Below are positions 55,268 through 64,000 of a stretch of DNA of 64,000 nucleotides, one piece after another. Source of the DNA: Macrostomum lignano (taxonomy: Eukaryota); NCBI GenBank assembly GCA_002269645.1, contig NIVC01000413.1:560836-624835 (forward strand). Reading direction: 5' to 3'. Position 1 is the stretch's first letter. Each line of letters begins with the position of its first letter. The notes under the pieces are model-generated. The model saw only the letters and a program-made list of their open reading frames with translations. It was not told the origin of the DNA and searched no databases. The translations under genes and the position numbers were made by a program.

Positions 55268-55910
55268 AGTCTTGAACCATAGAATATATCATAATCGGAA
55301 ACTGGTGTTGAACCATAGACTATATCATTATCGGAAACTGGTGTTGAACCATAGACTATATCATTATCGGCAACTAGTCTTGAACCATAGACTATATCAT
55401 TATCGGCAACTAGTCTTGAACCATAGACTATATCATTATCGGCAACTAGTCTTGAACCATAGACTATATCATTATCGGCAACTAGTCTTGAACCATAGAC
55501 TATATCATTATCGGCAACTAGTCTTGAACCATAGACTATATCATTATCGGCAACTAGTCTTGAACCATAGACTATATCATTATCGGCAACTAGTCTTGAA
55601 CCATAGACTATATCATTATCGGCAACTAGTCTTGAACCATAGACTATATCATTATCGGCAACTAGTCTTGAACCATAGACTATATCATTATCGGCAACTA
55701 GTCTTGAACCATAGACTATATCATTATCGGCAACTAGTCTTGAACCATAGACTATATCATTATCGGCAACTAGTCTTGAACCATAGACTATATCATTATC
55801 GGCAACTAGTCTTGAACCATAGACTATATCATTATCGGCAACTAGTCTTGAACCATAGACTATATCATTATCGGCAACTAGTCTTGAACCATAGACTATA
55901 TCAGTATCGG
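55268..55910. repeat. 36-bp minisatellite TTGAACCATAGACTATATCATTATCGGCAACTAGTC, about 17 near-identical copies
   Basis: Direct inspection; 12-aa periodic ORF. Confidence 0.95.
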
Positions 55911-56887
55911 CAGCTTGCCGTGAGCCGTAGACTGTATCCTTGATTAGCAGTTTCAGCTACACGGTAACATGCTATATATCCATCCTGATTGACAATCGAA
56001 CCACATATTGTAACCCGGTTTGTGATTGCTTTTGACCCAATGGGCTATATATTTGTTGTTAATAGATCTTAAGCAATGAAATATGCCATTTAATTGGTGC
56101 ATCACTTACACAGTACTTTAATTAAACTGATGGTACAGTTACTGAGATTCAAATTAGCTCGTATCAGAAAATGAGACGAAAAATTATAACAACACAAAGC
56201 AAGCAATTCTAATTCTCGCTTAATTAACTGCCAATGAGTTGAGTGCTTCAAGGTAAAAAACCGGAAGGCGAGTTGATCGCATATTTCAATAGTAGCTATA
56301 GGATAAACAGCTTTGATTTCGACACAACTTATATAGTGGCGCAATTTTGATATTTTCAGTTCCAAATTTGTACAGATACTCGTGTATAAAAAGTAGTCGG
56401 TAAGCCTGTGGCGGCACTTACAGGAGGGGGTTGGGTCTGTAGCCCCCGGGCGACTAGCGGTACTACCCATAGGGGGCTGATTCCCCAATTATGTTTTTTC
56501 ATTGGGTAAGCATACAGGTGGACTGGGTGGTGGAGGGACAGGGTTTGATCTTTGAACTTGGTTATTGTGATCACCGGAAGGAGAGGGGGGGGGTGACCCC
56601 TGGAGGTGCTGCGCGCGCCACTGCAGAAAATGGAGAAAAGCTTTGACTTTGTCTATAAACTGAGCAGTTCACTGTGACCGAAACACATAAGCACAGTAAT
56701 TTTACAACTAAATTTAGACAGCAAAATTTTAAAACAGAGGAGAAGATTCTTACAGAAAACGCAACAGATTATTTGACTAAACAACTGTTTCTAATGCTGG
56801 CTTCAAATCTATGGTGGCTGCTAACGATTTTTGTACATGTCGGCTTACCTACACGGGGATCGGCTGTAAAGCTCGTGAGTCAGCTGC

Positions 56888-59206
56888 TCAAACAGCCGTG
56901 CTGTAGCCTTCATCGTCCTGCGCGTTTGGCTTGTGCTGACCTCCGCCGATGCGTTGCGCCATGGCGACAGCCGCGGCCTGCTGGGCGATGACGACCGGCT
57001 GCAGGGGCTGAGGATGCGGCGGCGGAAGCGGCGGTAGATCCACCGAGGCCAGCGAGACAGCGGCAGTGGCGGCGGAGCTGGTGACAACTGCTCCTTCTGG
57101 TATGCAATCGTCAACGTTGGATGCGCGCACGTAGGTCCCGCCTGACGGGCTGCAGATTGAAGCAGACGATGCCGGAAGTTGCTGCTGATGCTGTTGTTGC
57201 TGCTGATGCTGCATGCGCTGACGAAGCAACGCCGGATCGACAGGCGGTGGCGGTAGCGGAGGATTTCCGGATGTTGCTGCGGAGGTTGACGTTTTAGTGA
57301 TGGTAGCGTACAGATCACCGTGCAAGGGGCACGGCTTGGCACCTGGCAGAGTGCCGTGCTGATGCTGGTGCTGGTGCTGTTGGTGCTGCTGCTGCGGTGT
57401 GCCCGACCGGGAAGCCTCCTGTCCGTGCACGGGACACGGTGCACCAACGAACTGTCTCGAACCGTGCACTGGACACTCTCCACACGGCCCGTGCTGGTGC
57501 TGATGCGGCAGAGTGCCACCACAGGCTGGACGGTTCACCGGCGATCGGATGGTCACGTAGCCAGGTGGCTCGAATGAGAGCTCCGCCTGGTGTTGCTGCT
57601 GCTGCGAGTCTATAATCAGAGGATGCTGCTGTTGCTGCTGCTGGTATTGAACTCTCTTCTTGCCGTCAATAGTAGTCGCTCCGCTTGTATAGCCATTCTC
57701 GCCCGCGACTTCAACCCCGACGACGCTACTGCCGACGCCGCGACCGCCGCCTCCGCCTGTGCGACTCTGCAGCTGGCTGTAGCTCGCCTGCTGCGCGTAG
57801 GACGGCGGGGCTTTCCTTCCACCGCCGGCCACTCCGACAGCGACCGCACTGCTACTACCGTTCGACCGCGGGCTGTTCCTGGTGTAGTGGTAGAAAAACA
57901 CGCCGCCAATCATTAGAGCGCAGGTGATCACAATCACAGCACCGATGCTGACTACGGTAACTAGGCGCTTATTGAGCATAGCGGACTTAGTAGTATCAAC
58001 AATCAGGCGGTGCTTGAGACTCGCTGAGCCGCGCTCGTTGTTCACTGCGCACATGTAGACACCCTGGTCTTTCACCTGTACGCTGGTGATTGTTAGAGTA
58101 GCTTCAAAGTGGACGCTCTCCTTTGACTGCCACGGATGGTAGCCCTTCTGGTAGGTTATCCGAGTCGAAGGAGTGTTCTCTCCAAACAGCCATACAGTGT
58201 CGCCTTTGGGATCGCTGAAGAACTGGCAGCTCATGGTAACATTGCTCCCCTGCGGCACCTTGTGCTCTGTTTTAGTTCCCGCCGCAAACACCTGCGGCTT
58301 GCACTGGAACTGCGTGGCTCGAGTTTGCCTATCGAATAGGCGCACGCCGACCATGCCCGGGTAGCGAATCTCCGGATCTGGCGACGGGCCGGCGCAAGTT
58401 ACTATGCCGGAAAATATCTCCTTCTCGCTGACCTTGGTCCTGTACCACTCCATGAGCCAGCGCAGATGACAGTCGCACTCCCATTTATTGCCGCCCATGC
58501 TTAGATTCCTGAGTGGCATTGCGCTGAGATCTTTTTGCATTAAGCCTGTGTTTGGCAGCGTCTTTAGATTGCAACTTCGCAGGTCCAGTTCTTTTAATCG
58601 GTTAAGGCCGCTGAAAGCGCCCTCTTTAATGACCAGATCTGTTGTTCCTTGCAAATCGAGAATTTCCAAAGTTTCTTTCTGCGCTTTGAAAAAGCCGTCG
58701 TCAAGTACAATTTGAAGGTTGCCCATGCGCAGTTCGCGAAGATTGGTTAGCGGTTTAAGAAATAAATTGTTTGTAATGCGCAAATAGTTTTTTGATATTT
58801 TTAATTGTTGCAGTTTCTGCAGCGGCTTGAAAGCGCCTTCCGCGATGTCTTCAATAATGTTTTGCTCTAGATTGAGGAGCTCCAAATGCGGATAGTTAAT
58901 AAAAGAGTTTTCGTGCAGATTCTTAATGCAGTTCTTCTCCAGTCTTAGCTCGAACAGCTCGTTGCCTCGAATGTCGGTTGGTACGTCGCTAAGTTCGCTG
59001 GAGGCGCAAATTGCTCGGGTGCGCACGCCCGACATGAGCTTCGAGCACACGCTGCCCGAATTCGGGGCGCCGACCGTGCCGGAGCAATGAGACTGCTCCT
59101 GTCTGGCTGATATTACAGACTGCGCTATCGCTGACGCTTGCAGTGACAGCAGCAGCAGCAGCCACGGCAGCAGATGTGTCAGCAGGTACCGCTCCGTTGT
59201 AGACAT
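56888..59206 (-). CDS. Kekkon-like LRR-Ig type I membrane protein (signal peptide, LRRNT, 7 LRRs, LRRCT, one Ig domain, TM, Q/H-rich tail, PDZ-binding STAV), single coding exon, 772 aa
   Basis: Hydrophobic N-terminus; seven LxxLxLxxN-type repeats; GNKWECDCHLRWL; Ig motifs NVTMSC...W...DQGVYMCAVNNERG; TM LVTVVSIGAVIVITCALMIGGVFFY; C-terminus S-T-A-V (class I PDZ ligand). Confidence 0.9.
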   Translation of the reverse strand: MSTTERYLLTHLLPWLLLLLSLQASAIAQSVISARQEQSHCSGTVGAPNSGSVCSKLMSGVRTRAICASSELSDVPTDIRGNELFELRLEKNCIKNLHENSFINYPHLELLNLEQNIIEDIAEGAFKPLQKLQQLKISKNYLRITNNLFLKPLTNLRELRMGNLQIVLDDGFFKAQKETLEILDLQGTTDLVIKEGAFSGLNRLKELDLRSCNLKTLPNTGLMQKDLSAMPLRNLSMGGNKWECDCHLRWLMEWYRTKVSEKEIFSGIVTCAGPSPDPEIRYPGMVGVRLFDRQTRATQFQCKPQVFAAGTKTEHKVPQGSNVTMSCQFFSDPKGDTVWLFGENTPSTRITYQKGYHPWQSKESVHFEATLTITSVQVKDQGVYMCAVNNERGSASLKHRLIVDTTKSAMLNKRLVTVVSIGAVIVITCALMIGGVFFYHYTRNSPRSNGSSSAVAVGVAGGGRKAPPSYAQQASYSQLQSRTGGGGGRGVGSSVVGVEVAGENGYTSGATTIDGKKRVQYQQQQQQHPLIIDSQQQQHQAELSFEPPGYVTIRSPVNRPACGGTLPHQHQHGPCGECPVHGSRQFVGAPCPVHGQEASRSGTPQQQHQQHQHQHQHGTLPGAKPCPLHGDLYATITKTSTSAATSGNPPLPPPPVDPALLRQRMQHQQQQQHQQQLPASSASICSPSGGTYVRASNVDDCIPEGAVVTSSAATAAVSLASVDLPPLPPPHPQPLQPVVIAQQAAAVAMAQRIGGGQHKPNAQDDEGYSTAV

Positions 59207-60719
59207 GATCCTCCTAGCTTCTCTGTTGTCAGTTTCAGCAAGTCGGCTGCGACGGCAATGTTCTGCTTGTCTGGTTACGCTCGTAGTAGCGGACAGCTAG
59301 TAGAGGATGCTAAGTGCGTCGTGTCTGAAACGAAGCGAGAATTTAAAGTTAAAACTTTATTAAGCTCATAGAGAGTTACCATCTCGAATAGGCATCGGAG
59401 TTCTCACATCATTATTTCAAGACTCTGAAACTGCTTCGAACTTCTGAAACTCTATGCAATGTTCTTCATAAAACTCCTATGGTGATGCGTAATCTCAAGG
59501 AGCTGTCTGTATGTTTTCGATAGATTTTACAAAATCAAACCCCATTGGGGGTCGAGTGCGCTAGTTCATATATACTAAAATTCATCTAAACTAAACAAGT
59601 GAGAGATAGAATCAGTAAACCTACGTTACGCTCACTATTTTATCAAGAAATTAAAATGCTAGTATTTGTTTAGCCCAATAATTATTAGCTAGTTCAACTT
59701 AGTAAAAGCTACAAAACTGAAGCTCATCAAGTCCGAGAGTAAAATGAACTTTACGACAACAATGAGAGCGCTTGTGATCTAGACGATCCAACTGCATGGG
59801 TCGCTAAGCTGAGCCGAATGAATTAGCCACACAATAGAGTATACTATAATAGCACTGCTTGCATCCAGAAAAACCATCATTCCTTGTTCCACTGTTGACA
59901 TTTCAATAGGCAGGCTAATACATTTATTCATGGGCTTGGACAGTTAACACTGCGTACTCCCAACCACCCACCAGCTAATCCCAAAGCTTATAAATTCTAT
60001 TAGCTATCGCATTCCAACTATAGCAACCAAAGCCCTTGGATCCCCAGCCCCAGTGACTAGAATTCACCGTACTATTCAGGTTAAAAAATAACTGTCACGC
60101 CAGCTTCCTATCATCTTGCTTCATAGGCCTGACGCTAGCTTATCCTCGACCTCTTTACTTTGCAGTCAGTTTCGCCGAAACAGTCACGTCATCGCGCGCG
60201 TAGCGATCAAGCGAAACGCGCTCGCATTCCCAAGAGAGGGGGGCGAATGAATGAACTCAAAACCTTTGCTGGCGCATGTAGCTGAGCAAAATAGCCCAAG
60301 ACAGGGCTGCATCTCAAGACCAGCGTAGAGAGAGAGACGCGGACAGCAGAAAGATTCATGGGAATTTCTGGTCTTACACATGCTATTGCTCTCTGCCTCT
60401 CTCGCTTACTAACCCTGGTCCTTGTTCAGCTTGTGTGTCAGTATTTCTACTGTCTTTCTGTCTCTTGCTGACGTGAAAAATCCATCCTTCCGGTGTTGTA
60501 TAGCCATAGGAGCAGAGTAAATACAGAGATGCAGTTCCTACGTGCATTTATAATTTGTAGACACGGGTTTTATTATAGACACGGGTCTGCGAGATTCCTT
60601 CAAGCAAAAATTTACTTGCCGAGCTTTCTTGCGTCAAAATTTCCTCATTGTGATTTTCTGATTTCTCTGCTATTCCGCATCGACTCCTCATAGGGACATA
60701 CCAGCTGTGATTTTCTCGT

Positions 60720-61120
60720 CGGGGGTATTTCCGGGTCGGAATTTCCCCATCGGGATTTTCACGTCGGATTTACCCCGTCAGGATTTTTTCGTAAAGATTT
60801 CCCTGTTAAGAGTTCAACATCGGGACATACATGTAAGTACTTCCAAGAAGGGATTTCCCAAACGGTATTTCCCCCAATGGATTCCCCAAACTAAATTTTC
60901 CCGAAGGGATTTCCCAATCGGGATTTCCAAATTGGGATTTCTCGAAGGGATTTCCCGAAGGGATTTCCCAATCGGGATTTCTCGAAGGGATTTCCCGAAG
61001 GGATTTCCCAATCGGGATTTCTCGGAGGGATTTCCCAATCGGGATTTCCCGAAGGGATTTCCCAATCGGGATTTCTCGAAGGTACATCCCAATCGGGATT
61101 TCCCTAAGGGATTTCCGGGA
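60720..61120. repeat. 13-14-bp repeat built on GGGATTTCCC
   Basis: Units GGGATTTCCCGAA / GGGATTTCCCAATC / GGGATTTCTCGAA. Confidence 0.9.
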
Positions 61121-62387
61121 ACTCACTAACTGCTTTTCATTCTTGTTCAAGTTTTCCTCGGCAATTTTAACGAAAAAAACTCCCGCTGACAGCCTCGTCC
61201 ATAAAAACACTTTTAGAGTCCCCAAAAGGAAAATAACTCGCAATTCTGCAGTGGAATTAATAAATTAGTTGGAAACTAGTTTATTTTCATTGTTATAAGC
61301 GACGTTTTCTATTGTGATGGGAAGACTGGGAAGAGAAATTACAGCAGCTCATTCTTTGTTCTTTACAGTAGTTGGAACTATTAAGAGTGTCGTTGCCATC
61401 AACACGGAGGGAACAAAGCTGGTGGCTGACAGGTTGACTTAGTGTTGACTTTGCTGGTGTGAATTCTTCACTGCAGGGCGCGGGTGGAGGCAGAGAGAGG
61501 GAAAAAAGTGAGGAACGAAAGGGGATCTCTCGGCATTCTTCCCTCGGAGGGCTACTGCTATGGGATTACACTGAGCGTACTAAACTGCGCAAAATGAGAA
61601 ACTAAGAGACAGATTTAACTTTCCTTTACTGTGCCTACCCTCTTGTACCTGTCTTTCTATCTGTCCTACTTTGACTACTTTTATAATATCCTATTTCTTT
61701 TCGTGCGGCGGTAAATACCCCAGACGTTGCTCTCCCTTCCTTCCTTCCTTCCGTGGTCTTTCCGTCCCAAAGTTGCTACCCTCTTTTTAAACGGCCTTTC
61801 CCCGGTCCAGGCTAAAATAAAAAGTAAACTCACTTCGCCCTCGTAGAGGCCCTCTTGTTTCTACTTCTACATTTACCAGAGCCCATGTGAGAGCTGGAAA
61901 CTATAAGAAAACTTTCTTCTGCACACTGAAGACTTTTTCCCTTCACTCTCGTTTTTTGCTGCTTTTAAAAAAGACTCGCAAATCGTTACTGCTGCCCGTA
62001 TGCTCCGGCTGCGCTTACTCCACCCTCTAACCCTGCTTCTGTTCTGTGTTGACTTTTCTTCAGTTTTGCCCGCGGAAGTCGCATAATACCTTTTGGTAGA
62101 TAGATTTGTTTGGCCTTCTACCGGACTGTCTTCCTCGCGACAATTTCGCGTCGGGGTATTTTTTTAAACTAAGAGAGAAAATCACGGGACCACGGCTGCC
62201 AGGGATTTCAGAAACGAATTGTCGGAGCACTTGCGCCAGATAGTGACTGTTGCTGCTTTGCTTTGCCGATGCTAAGATGCGAAGTTTATCTTACCATTCG
62301 CGAGGCCATTTCTATATTTGGTTTGTGCTTCAAAGATGGAGACTACGTTTTTTTCTATTTTAGTGAATAGAAAAGTTGAAGAAAGAC

Positions 62388-63603
62388 AGGAGAGACGAGA
62401 GAGGAGAGGAGAGGAGAGGAGAGGAGAGGAGAGGAGAGGAGAGGAGAGGAGAGGAGGAGAGGAGAGGAGAGGAGAGGAGAGGAGAGGAGAGGAGAGGAGA
62501 GGAGAGGAGAGGAGAGGAGAGGAGAGGAGGAGAGGAGGAGAGGAGGAGAGGAGAGGAGAGAGGAGAGGAGGAGAGGAGAGGAGAGGAGAGGAGAGGAGAG
62601 GAGAGAGGAGAGGAGAGGAGAGGAGAGGAGAGGAGAGTAGAGGAGAGGAGAGTAGAGGAGAGGAGGGGAGAGGAGAGGAGGGGAGAGGAGAGGAGGGGAG
62701 AGGAGAGGAGGGGAGGAGAGGAGAGGAGGGGAGAGAGAGGAGAGGAGAGTAGAGAGAGAGGAGAGGGGGAGGGAGAGGAGAGAGGGAGAGGAGAGGAGAG
62801 GAGAGAGGAGAGGAGAGGAGAGGTGAGGAGGAGAGGAGAGGAGGAGAGGAGAGGAGAGGAGAGGAGAGGAGAGGAGAGGAGGAGAGGAGAGGAAAGGAGA
62901 GGAGAGGAGAGGAGAGGAGAGGAGAGGAGAGGAGAGGAGAGGAGAGGAGAGGAGAGAAGGAGAGGAGAGGAGGAGAGGAGAGGAGAGGAGAGGATAGGAG
63001 AGGAGAGGAAAGGAGAGGAGAGAGAGAGGAGAGGAGAGGAGAGGAGAGGAGGAGAGGAGAGGAGAGGAGAGGAGAGGAGAGGAGAGGAGAGGAGAGGAGA
63101 GGAGAGGAGAGGAGAGGAGAGGAGAGGAGAGAGAGGAGAGGAGAGGAAGGAGAGGAGAGGAGGAGAGGAAGAGGAGAGGAGAGGAGAGGAGAGGAGAGGA
63201 GGGGAGAGGAGAGGAGGAGAGGAAAGAGAGAGGAGAGGAGGAGAGGAGGAGAGGAGAGAGGAGGAAAGGAGAGGAGAGGAGAGGAGAGGAGAGGAGGGGA
63301 AGGAGAGGAGAGGAGAGGAGGAGAGGAGAGGAGAGGAGGAAGGAGAGGAGAGGAGAGGAGAGGAGAGGAGAGGAGAGGAGAGGAGAGGAGAGGAGAGGAG
63401 AGGAGAGAAGGAAGGAGAGGAGAGGAGAGGAGAGGAGAAGGAGAGGAGAGGAGAGGAGAGGAAGAGAGGAGAGGAGAGGAAAGGAGAGGAGAGGAGAGGA
63501 GAGGAGAGGAGAGGATAGGAGAGGAGAGAGGAGAGGAGAGGAGAGAGAGGAGAGAGAGAGGAAAGGAGAGGAGAGGAGAGGAGAGGAGAGGAGAGGAGAG
63601 AAG
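62388..63603. repeat. (GGAGA)n homopurine tract, about 1.2 kb
   Basis: Direct inspection. Confidence 0.97.
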
Positions 63604-64000
63604 AGATGATACTGAGTAAAAAATAGAAGACAAAGATGGAACAAGAGAAGGGCGCAAGAGAAAAAATCGTCCTATAAGAATAAGGACAACGCGACCTAAC
63701 AATTACAATGGCAAATGCGATTTTTCCAGAAGATGATTCTATTTGACTAAATAAACTCTGAGCTAGGCCTACCCGTATGCATTTTTGTTGTACTATTGCT
63801 ACTCGTTATACTAAATAAAATGACTATGTACAGTATAAGTTGGCGGACCCAACCGAAAAAAATGATTGATGATTGGCGGACTAACTCTCTGAACTCCCCG
63901 CCCCATCTACATGTTCCCAGCGCTCTCTCTCTCTCTCCCTCTCTTTCTCTCTCTCTCCTCTCTCTCGATTTTAACTTGCAACCCCGTTCTGGCAGCAGAA

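Noticed and set aside
55268-55910. 36-bp repeats resembling a CRISPR array
   Set aside because: Units are head-to-tail with no unique spacers, there are no cas genes, and the context is eukaryotic.
56845-58715. Overlapping alternative-frame and antisense ORFs within the LRR-Ig gene (similarly in ETFDH, SLC26 and PH exons)
   Set aside because: Expected shadows of GC-rich coding sequence; no recognisable motifs.
62272-63702. (EERRG)n and (SSPLL)n ORFs up to 476 aa
   Set aside because: Translations of (GGAGA)n.

Overview
Eukaryotic (invertebrate metazoan) genomic DNA with four co-oriented minus-strand protein-coding genes, reconstructed by hand with frame-consistent GT-AG junctions: (1) a 10-exon PH-domain scaffold of the PLEKHA5/6/7 (kramer-like) family, 916 aa; (2) ETFDH / ETF-ubiquinone oxidoreductase, 3 exons, 614 aa; (3) an SLC26 (prestin/SulP-type) anion transporter, 4 exons, 861 aa; (4) a Kekkon-like 7xLRR-Ig single-pass receptor with one coding exon, 772 aa. 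Exons are GC/CpG-rich with polyQ/polyG tracts. Almost every intron and much of the intergenic DNA is filled with tandem arrays, mostly a different mini- or microsatellite per intron, including a 5.5-kb 20-mer array, 1.7 kb of (TATC)n and 1.2 kb of (GGAGA)n. There are also tRNA-derived SINEs, a hAT-type MITE with an 8-bp TSD, a LINE 3' remnant, a foldback element and Helitron-like ends. Most long ORFs in the supplied track are repeat artefacts. Most notable signals: an acceptor-like AG just 5' of all four start codons (possible SL trans-splicing/operon), two sharply bounded CpG-free blocks in an otherwise CpG-normal genome, about 10 exact NF-kB-type GGGATTTCCC sites in tandem upstream of the LRR-Ig gene, and a 23-bp minisatellite that recurs at several loci without a carrier element and supplies a 5' splice site. 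A spiralian or free-living flatworm origin is only a guess from style. All counts are by eye; no searches were run.
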